Below are positions 36,218 through 45,604 of a stretch of 64,000 nucleotides of DNA, piece after piece (the first letter of the stretch is position 1; every line of letters starts with the position of its first letter). Made by a program: the position numbers and the translations under genes. The notes beneath the pieces were generated by a model that had not been told where the DNA came from, ran no database searches, and was given only the letters and a program-made list of their open reading frames with translations. The DNA is from Gloeobacterales cyanobacterium. Its GTDB lineage: Bacteria > Cyanobacteriota > Cyanobacteriia > Gloeobacterales > PMM-0068. Where the stretch lies: positions 1 through 64,000 of the forward strand of contig JBBRSB010000017.1 in assembly GCA_038245785.1 (NCBI GenBank). Direction: 5' to 3'.

Positions 36218-36332
36218 GTTGCTTTCTTCACCAAAATCGCACTAGTACTATCTATTCTTTATCTAGGTAGAGTTCGCTCATCGAAAAGGACTCTTACTCA
36301 AAAAACTCCAAACATTACGAAGGACTTTAACC

Positions 36333-36677
36333 ATGTTGGCCTTTAACCGAAAACTTCTCACGCTTAGTATGTTCAGTCTTCTTGGACTAGCAGGCATGAT
36401 TCCTATCTTCGTTCAGGCCGCTCCGCTAAAAAGCAGCATCCAGATTCCCTACCAAAAAGTTGCAGAGAGTAAAGAAGAAATTAACACGCCTCGTCTCAAA
36501 AAGCTCGCTAAAATATCTAAAGCTGAGGCTATTCAAATTGCTCGTAAGCAATACCAAGGCAAGCTTGGCGCTGTAGATCTTGAGAATGAAGATGGCAATC
36601 TTATCTATTCTGTAGAGATAGGGAAGAAAGAGTTAGCTATTGATGCAGGTAATGGCAAGATTTTACAGGTGGAATGA
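36333..36677 (+). CDS. Exported PepSY-domain protein
   Basis: Signal peptide; LAKIS..EA..IA......V.LENEDGNLIYSVEI....IDAGNGKIL. Confidence 0.88.
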   Translation: MLAFNRKLLTLSMFSLLGLAGMIPIFVQAAPLKSSIQIPYQKVAESKEEINTPRLKKLAKISKAEAIQIARKQYQGKLGAVDLENEDGNLIYSVEIGKKELAIDAGNGKILQVE

Positions 36678-36802
36678 GGTTTGCCACGATTGAGTACAAA
36701 CTTCGGCGCTTAAGCACTGCTTTGTCATAACTAACCAGAAGTACACTTGTACACGTGAGTCTTTAGAACACATCTATTAGGCTATAGCCCTCAGGTTCTG
36801 TT

Positions 36803-37480
36803 ATGACGAAGATTCTTCTAGTTGAAGATGATGAGCGTATCGTCCGGCCCCTCAAACGGGAATTGGAGCGAGAGCACTACCTGATTGATGTGGCTAGCGA
36901 TGGCGAAGAGGGCTGGCATTACCTCAGCCTGCATGAATACGACTTGGTCATCCTAGATGTAATGCTGCCTAAGCTCGACGGTATGGGCTTATGTCGCCGT
37001 TTACGTCAGCACGTGATCGGTGTGCCCGTACTTATGCTCACGGCGCGCGATACTACCTCCGATAAAGTCCAGGGGCTGGATGCTGGAGCAGACGATTATC
37101 TAGTCAAACCCTTTGAAATCGAGGAACTGCATGCGCGCCTGCGTTCCCTCCTGCGTCGCCCAGATCCCAACCGTCAGCCTCTGCTGCAGCATGGGCTCAT
37201 TTGCTTGAACCCGGCCAGTCAGAGCGTGACGGTTGAAAGCCGAAAGGTGGATCTAACGCCAAAGGAGTACCAGCTCCTGGAGTGCTTCCTGCGCCATCCT
37301 ACGCAGCTCTTCAACCGGGAACGCCTTATCGAACGACTATGGGGCTGGGACGAAAGTCCCGAAAGCAATGTGATCAAGGCTCATGTCAAAGGACTGCGCC
37401 GCAAACTAAAAGAGGCAGGGGCCTCTGACCCGATAGAGACCGTTTTTGGTTTTGGCTACCGTTTGAATAGCCATGTTTAG
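36803..37480 (+). CDS. OmpR-family response regulator
   Basis: ILLVEDD, ILDVMLP, GADDYLVKPF, LTPKEY.LL, IETVFG.GY. Confidence 0.95.
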   Translation: MTKILLVEDDERIVRPLKRELEREHYLIDVASDGEEGWHYLSLHEYDLVILDVMLPKLDGMGLCRRLRQHVIGVPVLMLTARDTTSDKVQGLDAGADDYLVKPFEIEELHARLRSLLRRPDPNRQPLLQHGLICLNPASQSVTVESRKVDLTPKEYQLLECFLRHPTQLFNRERLIERLWGWDESPESNVIKAHVKGLRRKLKEAGASDPIETVFGFGYRLNSHV

Positions 37481-38750
37481 CAACGTTGAGAGACGCTTGC
37501 TCTGGAACAACCTGGCCGTGCTGGGAGGGATTCTGCTGGTTTTTACCTTGGCTGTATACGCTCTTTTTGCCCAAAGTACCGCAGCTCAACTTGATGAGCG
37601 TCTAGTCTCGCTGGCTCGGGCTGTTTCCCTCTCCGTGGAGCGTGAAGACGGCGAATCTAAGTTTGATGAATCGATCTACCTGGGGAGTGGAAAAGAGCGG
37701 GTTGTCCTCGGAGAGACTGCTGTTGCACAGTGGCTGGATCTAAATGGTCGGGTTGTGCGCGCCCGTGGCCGCTTGCTCCTCAAAGCCGATCCCCTGCATC
37801 TTAATCTTCCCTTTAGCCAGAACACGCCCCAAAGAGCGAGGGTTTTTAGCCAATCCGTGCGCGATCCTGAAACAGGTAAACTGCTTGGATATGTTCGCGT
37901 GGCCCTTGCGCTCGCTCCTCTGGAAAATACGCTGAATCAACTGCGCTGGGGACTGGCGGGCGGTGTTGTCCTCGCCCTTTCTCTGGCCGCTTTGGGCAGC
38001 TTCTGGCTTACGCGCCAAGCCATGACTCCGGTAGAAGCAGGATACCAGCGACTCCAACAATTCACCGCCGATGCCTCCCACGAATTACGCAGCCCACTGA
38101 CGGCGATCAAGCTCAACACGGGCACTTTCTTGCGCCATCCTCAGCAGCTTAGTCTGGACGAAATTCAGGACAGCTTTTTGCAGATTCAAGAAGCTGCTGA
38201 CCAGATGATCCAATTGACCAACGACTTGTTATGGCTAGCCCGAGCGGATGAAGGGTCCGACCAGCAGACCAATCAAGCGCCTTTGTCCTTAGACAAGTTG
38301 CTGCTGGATCTAATCCAAGAGATGGAGATACTCGCTCAGAAAAAACAGATTGACCTCCGCTACCGAAACGAGGCGAGTGCAACGGTATTGGCTGACGTCC
38401 ATCAACTAAATCGTTTGTTTCGCAACTTGATTGAAAATGCCATCCAGTACACTGCCCCTAACGGTCAAGTCACAGTCCTTTTACAAAAACAAGAACAAAT
38501 GGCTTTGGTCTCTGTTAGCGATACGGGAATTGGGATTGCACCAGAAAATATGGAGCGGGTTTTCGACCGCTTCTGGAGAGCAGACAAAGCCCGCTCTCGG
38601 CATGGTGGGGGTGCTGGCTTGGGTCTAGCCATTGCGAAAAGCATCGCTCGTGTCCACGGTGGCGATATCTATGCCACCAGTCAAGAAAACGAAGGGAGTA
38701 GCTTTGTGGTCAAACTACCTTTGTGGAAAGTCAAAACAGATATGGCATGA
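37473..38750 (+). CDS. Sensor histidine kinase
   Basis: Two TM helices, ADASHELRSPL, NLIENAIQY, DTGIGI, GAGLGLAI. Confidence 0.95.
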   Translation: MFSNVERRLLWNNLAVLGGILLVFTLAVYALFAQSTAAQLDERLVSLARAVSLSVEREDGESKFDESIYLGSGKERVVLGETAVAQWLDLNGRVVRARGRLLLKADPLHLNLPFSQNTPQRARVFSQSVRDPETGKLLGYVRVALALAPLENTLNQLRWGLAGGVVLALSLAALGSFWLTRQAMTPVEAGYQRLQQFTADASHELRSPLTAIKLNTGTFLRHPQQLSLDEIQDSFLQIQEAADQMIQLTNDLLWLARADEGSDQQTNQAPLSLDKLLLDLIQEMEILAQKKQIDLRYRNEASATVLADVHQLNRLFRNLIENAIQYTAPNGQVTVLLQKQEQMALVSVSDTGIGIAPENMERVFDRFWRADKARSRHGGGAGLGLAIAKSIARVHGGDIYATSQENEGSSFVVKLPLWKVKTDMA

Positions 38751-38857
38751 CCTAAAGAGTAAGTTGCGCCCTCTTTCAAATACTCACCAAGCTTTACCTT
38801 GCTTTTACCTTGGGGCACTAAGCTAAGCCAAAAACGCGTGAGACATCAGGCTTTCCA

Positions 38858-39502
38858 ATGTCTCACCCTAATCGAGGTTTGTGCATGTTTTGTCATCAGA
38901 GCTCGCTTGAACTTCTGGAAAAGATCTATCAAGACCGTAAACTTCAGCACTACGCCGCCAAGCAGAATATCCACCTCTACGGAGATGATGTTTTGATTCT
39001 CTATCGTGGGATTGTCCAAGTACAAACCTTTCATCATTCAGGCGATGAAACGATCTTAGGTTTACTGGGGCCGATGATGCCGATTAGCAGAGCTTTTAGT
39101 GACCTCGCTTCCCATGAGATTTATACCCTGTCCGATGTGTACCTTTTGCGTTTGAGTTGGCAAGATATCGAAAAGTCTCCTGCTTTGGCACTGGAGATGA
39201 ACCAATTATTAACTCGACGCTTACAGCAAATGGAAATTTTGTTGACTCTGAGGAATAAAAGTCAGGTTGATGAACGGTTACTGGGGCTATTAGCTTTTCT
39301 GGCACATGAATTTGGGAAAGAAACTTCCGAAGGGATTGATATCGATATTCGCTTAACCCATCAGCAAATGGCCAATATGGTGGGTTCTACACGCGTTACG
39401 GTCACCCGGTGCATGGGGGCACTTAGGAAAACAGGTTTACTGTCCAAGAAGAAAGGTAGATATTTATCTGTTCATCGAGATGTGCTCAGTCTGTCTGAAT
39501 AA
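38858..39502 (+). CDS. Crp/Fnr family transcriptional regulator
   Basis: cNMP-type beta-barrel then RLTHQQMANMVGSTRVTVTR HTH. Confidence 0.9.
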   Translation: MSHPNRGLCMFCHQSSLELLEKIYQDRKLQHYAAKQNIHLYGDDVLILYRGIVQVQTFHHSGDETILGLLGPMMPISRAFSDLASHEIYTLSDVYLLRLSWQDIEKSPALALEMNQLLTRRLQQMEILLTLRNKSQVDERLLGLLAFLAHEFGKETSEGIDIDIRLTHQQMANMVGSTRVTVTRCMGALRKTGLLSKKKGRYLSVHRDVLSLSE

Positions 39503-39615
39503 TATCCATAGGGGAACAATCCAGCGGAGAAAAAATACGGTTTGCACTGCTGCTCAAGATACAAGAGATGGTTCACCAAGAACTCAACTAAACAGTATCA
39601 ATGGAGACAGGAGTA

Positions 39616-40845
39616 TCAATTGATAGAGGGAACCTCAAGAGTCATTCCTGCCTTGCGCAGCCGTTCTATGAGCACATCTCCGAGGCCCGTAGCTGGGGTT
39701 AGGATGCCGCCGCGTTGTTGTCCGCCCGGCAATTTATCCGTGTGCAAGGCTAAGCTCAGCGCCGACTCACACAGAAATTTGACCGTGGCGCGATTCCCTG
39801 GATCGCCTTGGTCGCTAATCAGTCCCTTCACCCTGCGTCCATCCTCCGTTAGCCCCAGGAGTTCACAGCGAAACCAACCTTCATTCATCGTTTTCTCAGA
39901 TGGACCACTTCCAGGTTGAGGAAGGAAGGGTTGCAGTAGGCTGCTCAGGGGAGCTTGTTGCATTACCCCTGCAAATAGGGCCATGCCTGCGGTGACACCA
40001 GCCGCTTGCAGCCATGCGAAGGGCGGATTGAATTTCAAATATTCCTGGTAGGTGAAATCTGGACCGTACGGTTCCTGCCATGCTTCATATAGAGCACTGC
40101 TGCGGCGCACAATACGGGTATTAATCGGGCTCATAAAGAATGGACCAACCCAGGTGGCCAGGTCGGCATCATATTGCGGTTCTTCTGGGTCTTGATTGCG
40201 CTGAACTTCCTGCCTAGCGTGTTCAACGGGTGGGTTAAGCAGGAAAGGATTGCCGATCTGGTCTGCTTGGCCAGAGCTATATAGGTTGAATCCAGAGGCT
40301 AGAGTGCCACCATTAAGGCCACCGTACATCTGAAAATACGCTTTCACGGCTCGGCAGGCCACTCCTAGTTCTTTCTGCATATGCCGGACCACAAGATAAG
40401 TCCCCAAATCCGATGGGATGGAATCAAAACCGCAGAAGGGAATAATCCGGGTGCCATCGGATGATGCCTGAGCGTGATAGCGATCGATCAGCCGCTTAAC
40501 CCAGGGGGTTTCGCCCGTAATGTCCACATAGTGCGTTCGTAACCGTACGCAGGCATCGACGATCGTGTCGCCATAAAGGGCAAAAGGGCCTGCGGTGGTT
40601 AGCAAAACGCCTGTCTGAGCCACCACTGCATCGATAGCGCCTTGGTCTTGACTGTCTGCTACCAAAATGTCTACCCCAACACCTACCTCTGCCTTGACCA
40701 GTTCCAGTTTCTGTCGATTACGGCCCGCGATCGCCCAACGAACTTCACTTGGGCGGGTATGCTGCGCGAAATATTGCACGGTCTGCTTCCCGACGAAGCC
40801 AGTGGCCCCATAGAGTACGACATCATAGCGACGGTTCGTCATCAA
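39616..40845 (-). CDS. Saccharopine dehydrogenase-like / trans-acting enoyl reductase family oxidoreductase
   Basis: YGATGFVG, IAGRN, HYVDITGE, CGFDSIPSDLG, GGILTPA. Confidence 0.9.
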   Translation of the reverse strand: MMTNRRYDVVLYGATGFVGKQTVQYFAQHTRPSEVRWAIAGRNRQKLELVKAEVGVGVDILVADSQDQGAIDAVVAQTGVLLTTAGPFALYGDTIVDACVRLRTHYVDITGETPWVKRLIDRYHAQASSDGTRIIPFCGFDSIPSDLGTYLVVRHMQKELGVACRAVKAYFQMYGGLNGGTLASGFNLYSSGQADQIGNPFLLNPPVEHARQEVQRNQDPEEPQYDADLATWVGPFFMSPINTRIVRRSSALYEAWQEPYGPDFTYQEYLKFNPPFAWLQAAGVTAGMALFAGVMQQAPLSSLLQPFLPQPGSGPSEKTMNEGWFRCELLGLTEDGRRVKGLISDQGDPGNRATVKFLCESALSLALHTDKLPGGQQRGGILTPATGLGDVLIERLRKAGMTLEVPSIN

Positions 40846-41025
40846 GACCTCTCCAAGGTGGAGTTAATTTCGGGACCATGGCAGAATTTCAGCAGCATTT
40901 GAGCTTGGGTCTGCTGGAGCGTCATTTGGCTTCTTCTAAGACTCTTAGGATCTAGCTTCTTAAGTCTGCCTCAAACTGTGACCAGTTATCTACACTGTAA
41001 CCTGGCTGGCCAAGAGCACAGCCTG

Positions 41026-42112
41026 TTAAGGAAACTCCAAAGTCAATTGGTCTGTGTGTATAGTGCTTTGATCTTCGTTGGGAAAGTTGGAGATGGACAA
41101 ACCCAACAAACGGATGCGACGCTCATCTGCTGGTAAGGATTTAAGCAATTGATGCCCTAAAAGAAAGAGACTTTCGGCCTTATGCAAAAGCTCTGGCACT
41201 GTCCGGCTGCGGGTCAACTGTTGCAGATCCGCATATTTGAGTTTCAGAACCAGGGTATGTCCCGTTAACTGGTTTTTTTCAAGGCGTTCCTGCAATACCT
41301 GAGACAACATGCATAGTTGTTCTACAAGAACGTCGAAGTCTGACAGATCTTCAAGAAAAGAGGTTTCAACGCCTATAGACTTTCGGCTGCGATTTGGAAT
41401 GACCGGGCGGCTATCTTGCCCATGAGCCATTTGATAGTAGAAGTGCCCATGCTTCCCGAAGTGACGAGCTAAATCTATTGCAGTCCATTGCTTGAGGTCA
41501 GCGCCCGTTCGAATGCCCAGGGTGTACATCCTTATCTGCAGTAGCCTTTCCCACTCCATAGAATTTCTCAATTACTAAGGCCTCAATCAGGGCCTCGGCT
41601 TCATCGGGTTGGATAATGCGTAGTCCATCAGGTTTGTTCAATCCAGAAGCAAGCTTTGCCAGGAATTTATTGTAGGAAACTCCTGCTGAAGCCGTGAGGC
41701 CCGTTTGTTCAAAGATAGCTGCTCTTATCTTGCGAGCAATAAGGGTAGCGGAGGGAATACCAAGCTTATTTGTGGTTACCTCTAAGTAGGCTTCGTCCAA
41801 GGCCAGCGGTTCAACCAAGTCTGTGTAGCGGAGGAAGATTTGATGAATCTGCTCGGAGATGGCTTTGTATACATCGAATCGAGGTGGGGCGAAGATCAGG
41901 TCCTTACACTTTTGGATAGCCAGACGTGAGGGCATTGCAGAGTGGATACCGTAGCGACGGGCTTCATAACTGGCGGCAGCTACCGCTCCCCGTTGCTGAG
42001 GTGTACCACCAACCACCAACGGTTTACCCCGGAAGGCTGGATTATCGCGCTGCTCTACAGAGGCGTAGAAAGCGTCCATATCCAGGTGAATGATTTTGCG
42101 GAGGGTTGGCAT
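41026..42112 (-). pseudogene. dinB: DNA polymerase IV split by a single-base frameshift
   Basis: IHLDMDAFYASVEQ, ASYEAR, LALDEAYL in one frame; LGIRTGADL, RKSIGVETSF, IRLLGL in the next; extra base at 41530-41531. Confidence 0.9.
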
Positions 42113-42208
42113 CTTTCATCCCCAGACCGCCTTCAGTGTGACGCTTAAGATGGACATTTGTCCAGAAAAGAATGAGTTATAGCTCTGCAGGAACATACTC
42201 ATGAGTTG

Positions 42209-42424
42209 TCATGCGGCGCGCACTTCGACATATTCGATGCTGGAAGAAGGCCCAGGAATGGGATGACCGTCTTCGCGTAATCCTTCGATATGAAACTCAA
42301 TTGCCTCTTGGATCAATTCCAACACTTCTTCTTTCGTATCTGCTACAGCAACACAACCCGGCAAATCTGGCACATAAGCACCAAAACTATTTTCACCCTC
42401 TTCCACAATCACGGCGTATTTCAT
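42209..42424 (-). CDS. hicB: HicB family antitoxin
   Basis: YVPDLPGC..A.T.EE....IQEAI.FH.EG. Confidence 0.92.
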   Translation of the reverse strand: MKYAVIVEEGENSFGAYVPDLPGCVAVADTKEEVLELIQEAIEFHIEGLREDGHPIPGPSSSIEYVEVRAA

Positions 42425-42440
42425 ATTTTGCCTCTCTCGC

Positions 42441-42626
42441 CTATTTCAAGCCTGCTTGCTTTAAGATGCTGTTGAGCGTTCCGGGTGGAACATCAATATT
42501 CGGCTTGCCAGAAACCGTCACAGTCCCAGATTTACTCGAATGCTTAAATTGGCGATGACTGCCCTTCGTTCTCGCCAGGTACCAACCATCTTTTTCAAGA
42601 AGCTTGATTACCTCCTTAACTTTCAT
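42441..42626 (-). CDS. hicA: HicA family mRNA interferase toxin
   Basis: LEKDGW...RTKGSHRQFKH..K.G.VTV.......GTL.SILKQAGL. Confidence 0.93.
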   Translation of the reverse strand: MKVKEVIKLLEKDGWYLARTKGSHRQFKHSSKSGTVTVSGKPNIDVPPGTLNSILKQAGLK

Positions 42627-42664
42627 AGGAGAATAATAAGATGTTTTCTATGCAAGGGGAAGAG

Positions 42665-42699
42665 GCCTAACGTCGGAAATGAGCGGCGGCTGGTTAGCC
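42665..42699 (-). mobile_element. Internally deleted integron attC site
   Basis: Minus strand GGCTAAC-CAGCCGCCGCTCATTTCCGAC-GTTAGGC: R''-like and R' (GTTRRRY) boxes with an attC-like 3' end, but too short for a full attC. Confidence 0.6.
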
Positions 42700-42783
42700 G
42701 TCACGCTCTTGCGCCGGCCCTTGCGCGCTTGCTCCACGAGTGCACTGACCTTTGAGGTGAGGCGGTTCAGCACTGCACTGTCT

Positions 42784-43074
42784 CTAGTGCCAAACCAACG
42801 AAGGGCCGAGCTTCGACTCTGCCAACAATTCAGCTTCTGCAAGACTGAGCGCTGCTCCGCCACCAACCCATTCGGGTTGTCCGGTCGGCGTACGAAAGAG
42901 CAGGTAGAAGCACTCGACCGCTCGGTCTTCAGCGATCTCCGGCGGGTCTTCATAGTCGCCCGAGCCGTACAACGTGTGACGCCTGACGATACGCACTTCG
43001 CATAGAACGTTGTCGGCGTACAGCCATGTACCCGTCTTCTCCGGCACAATGGACTCAATTTGCTTCACGTCCAA
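42784..43074 (-). CDS. Hypothetical protein, GC-rich, probable gene cassette (true start possibly GTG 43068 or lost)
   Basis: 96-aa ORF visibly more GC-rich than its flanks, lying between attC remnants. Confidence 0.65.
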   Translation of the reverse strand: MDVKQIESIVPEKTGTWLYADNVLCEVRIVRRHTLYGSGDYEDPPEIAEDRAVECFYLLFRTPTGQPEWVGGGAALSLAEAELLAESKLGPSLVWH

Positions 43075-43092
43075 TGACTTGTTGGGTGCGGC
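43064..43092 (-). mobile_element. Left half of an attC site closing the SDR cassette
   Basis: Minus strand GCCGC-ACCCAAC-AAGTCATTGGACGTGA: RYYYAAC box complementary to GTTGGGCGGC at the cassette start (44099-44090). Confidence 0.65.
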
Positions 43093-43187
43093 GTTATATT
43101 CCTCACAAGTCTATCAAAGTTGCGCTTTCGTTTTTCATCGGGCGAAGCGAAAGAACTTGTATTTCTTTGTGAATCTTTATAAAGACT

Positions 43188-44015
43188 TTATTGGGGCGCG
43201 AATCTGGAGTTCGCCCATTCAATGTACTCTTCGGTCGAAGTACGGCGCATCCGATCCCCAAGCTCTGAATCCTGCCCGACCATAAAGCGTAGTTTATTAG
43301 TATTGTCCGTCGCGGCGGCGAGTACCGCTTCGGCGATATCATTCTCGGTCGCAAAGTAATCCTTCGGTGGTTCACTCATATAGACGGCGAGCCTTTGATC
43401 GACATATGCTTGATATGAAGGCGGAACCGGAATTGATTGCGCGGCTTGTTGAGTGTGCTGAGCAAATTGCGTACTCGCTACGAATCCCGGCTCAACGATT
43501 TTTACCTTCACATTTTGAGTCTGCAACTCGTATTGGAGAGCTTCAGTAAAGCCACGCAGAGCAGCCTTACTAGCGCTGTAGATCGACATCAGCGGTTCAG
43601 GCACAGTCGCCGATCCCGAAGTAATGTTAATAATGCGCCCGCCGCCGTTTTGTCGAAAATGCGGAAGGACTGCTTGCGTGAGCAGCATTGCACCGAAGAC
43701 GTTTGTGTCGAAAAGCGATTTGACCATTTCCATCGGAGTTGCCTCGAATACGGAAAGTAAACCCATGCCCGCATTGTTGACGATGCAATCAATGCGACCA
43801 AATCGCTTGACTCCGAGATTGATGGCTTGGTCAATCGTCGCTTTGTCTTGGACATCGAGCCGAGTAACCAGAAGATTATCAGAGTTCTCGGTTTCTTCCC
43901 AATGATCTGCATTCCGCATAGTCGCCACAACATTCCAACCTGCGCTCAGGAATTTCAGAACTGATGCCTTTCCAAAGCCGGATGAGCATCCCGTAATAAG
44001 TACCGTTTGATTCAT
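43188..44015 (-). CDS. Short-chain dehydrogenase/reductase (gene cassette)
   Basis: TGCSSGFG, VNNAG, YSASK, VEPG; AGGAG RBS. Confidence 0.93.
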   Translation of the reverse strand: MNQTVLITGCSSGFGKASVLKFLSAGWNVVATMRNADHWEETENSDNLLVTRLDVQDKATIDQAINLGVKRFGRIDCIVNNAGMGLLSVFEATPMEMVKSLFDTNVFGAMLLTQAVLPHFRQNGGGRIINITSGSATVPEPLMSIYSASKAALRGFTEALQYELQTQNVKVKIVEPGFVASTQFAQHTQQAAQSIPVPPSYQAYVDQRLAVYMSEPPKDYFATENDIAEAVLAAATDNTNKLRFMVGQDSELGDRMRRTSTEEYIEWANSRFAPQ

Positions 44016-44089
44016 ATTTTCTCCTATGACCGAATAATAAAGATGCTTGAAAAAGCGTGTTATCTATCGGCGCATCCGTGTAACCGATA

Positions 44090-44130
44090 GCCGCCCAACT
44101 ACCTATTGGACTGAATCGAATCCGCCTAAC
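44090..44130 (-). mobile_element. Putative integron attI site
   Basis: Minus strand GTTAGGC..TCCAATAGGTA-GTTGGGC: two GTTRRRY cores between the intI remnant and the first cassette. Confidence 0.55.
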
Positions 44131-44344
44131 ACACTCAACAGAGATCTTAGGTAGATTCATTTCCACCTATCTCATCCAAACAGGTGATTATGTAGAAAAA
44201 TTCATACTCTAATTCCACCTAACACCCCTAATAGGGATCTTAGACTGAAGCGTTTCGGTATAACCACCGATCCGACTCCACACTATACTTTCACAAAAGT
44301 TTAATTAAATCAGGGGGATAATTCTTTACTTTACTCAAGCAGCT

Positions 44345-44440
44345 ATAGAAACCCCACCTAAAAAATTGTTGGAGCAAGTTCGGGACGCGATTCGCCTCAA
44401 GCACTACTCCTATCGAACCGAATAAACCCATGTTCAGCAG
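44345..44440 (+). pseudogene. intI: Integron integrase N-terminal remnant
   Basis: Translates (I)ETPPKKLLEQVRDAIRLKHYSYRTE*THVQ, the N-terminal SAM-like motif of IntI; start mutated to ATA, internal stop, rest deleted. Confidence 0.85.
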
Positions 44441-44527
44441 TCCACTTGATTTGTGACCTGAGTATCGATTTATTGAATTAATAAAAGCACAAAAAATCCT
44501 AAAGAATTCAGTTAGAATAACCCTACA

Positions 44528-44546
44528 AATTGAGAATGATTATTAC
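44528..44546. promoter_or_regulatory. Fur-family box-like sequence
   Basis: AATTGAGAATGATTATTAC resembles GATAATGATAATCATTATC; about 115 bp upstream of the CDF transporter. Confidence 0.45.
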
Positions 44547-44662
44547 ATTCACAAAGGCAATGATTACGCAAACATTATTTGTTTTCAACTCTTTTTATTT
44601 GCAACTCGTAGAAACTAATATAGAAGAAATAGACCCTCTGTTCCTTGGTGATACTTAACGAA

Positions 44663-45574
44663 ATGGCACATAACCATGAGCATGCTCACGTACACAGCGC
44701 CAGTGACTACAATCGCATTTTTGTGATAGCAGTCGCTCTCAACCTGGGCTTTGTTGGTGTAGAGGCTACCTATGGTTTTCTTGCTAATTCTCTGGCGCTG
44801 TTGGCAGATGCAGGCCATAACCTGAGTGATGTGCTGGGTCTGGCTTTGGCGTGGGGAGGCAGTGTGCTAGCCCGTCGACAGCCCTCTCTTCGGCGCACCT
44901 ATGGACTGCGGCGTTCGTCTATCCTCGCTGCTCTCTTAAATGCTTTTCTTATTTTGGTCGCAGTGGGAGCGATTGCTTTGGAAGCAGTCCAGCGCTTTAG
45001 CAGCCCTGGTCCGGTAGGGGGGGAAACGATCATCTGGGTAGCAGCTATTGGGGTAGTGATTAACACGATCAGTGCACTTCTCTTCATGGCGGGTCAAAAA
45101 GAAGACCTGAACCTACGTGCGGCCTTCCAGCACTTGGCCTCTGATGCAGCAGTATCCCTGGGAACGGTGTTGGCTGGAGTAACTTTACTGGCTACAGGGT
45201 GGACATGGTTAGACCCCGTAATGAGCCTGGTGATTTCTGTGATCATCCTGGCAGGAACTTGGGGATTGCTGGTTGATTCGCTCAATCTGGTTTTGGACGG
45301 TGTGCCTGAGAGCATTGAACCGAAAGCGGTAAAAAGTTACCTCGCCAGTCTTCCGGGAGTGACAGAAGTTCATGACTTGCATATCTGGGCGATGAGCACT
45401 ACCGAAACTGCTCTAACCGCTCACTTGGTCATTCCGGCGGGGGCTCCGGGGGATGCTTTCATCGCTATGACCTGTGAAGCGCTCCATGACCAGTTCGCAA
45501 TTGAACATGCCACACTCCAAATAGAAATGGGGGACGGCCATCCCTGTGCCTTGGCTCCAGACCATTTGGTTTAA
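44663..45574 (+). CDS. czcD: Cation diffusion facilitator (CzcD/ZitB-like)
   Basis: His-rich N-terminus, LADAGHNLSD, AAFQHLASD, VHDLHIW, IEHATLQIE. Confidence 0.92.
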   Translation: MAHNHEHAHVHSASDYNRIFVIAVALNLGFVGVEATYGFLANSLALLADAGHNLSDVLGLALAWGGSVLARRQPSLRRTYGLRRSSILAALLNAFLILVAVGAIALEAVQRFSSPGPVGGETIIWVAAIGVVINTISALLFMAGQKEDLNLRAAFQHLASDAAVSLGTVLAGVTLLATGWTWLDPVMSLVISVIILAGTWGLLVDSLNLVLDGVPESIEPKAVKSYLASLPGVTEVHDLHIWAMSTTETALTAHLVIPAGAPGDAFIAMTCEALHDQFAIEHATLQIEMGDGHPCALAPDHLV

Positions 45575-45604
45575 CAAAAAACTCGACCTAACCGTACAGG
45601 TCAT

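Noticed and set aside
36155..36346. 63-aa ORF
   Set aside because: Starts inside a MITE-like repeat and spans a promoter region
42648..43375. Several overlapping alternative ORFs in the GC-rich cassette region
   Set aside because: Shadow ORFs expected in GC-rich DNA; they cross the attC remnants
40856..44222. Inverted AGGTGGA(A/G)TTA motifs as ends of a composite transposon around dinB and the cassettes
   Set aside because: The match is only about 12 bp, the same motif occurs in dispersed repeats at about 22262-22273 and 46681, and there is no transposase or target duplication
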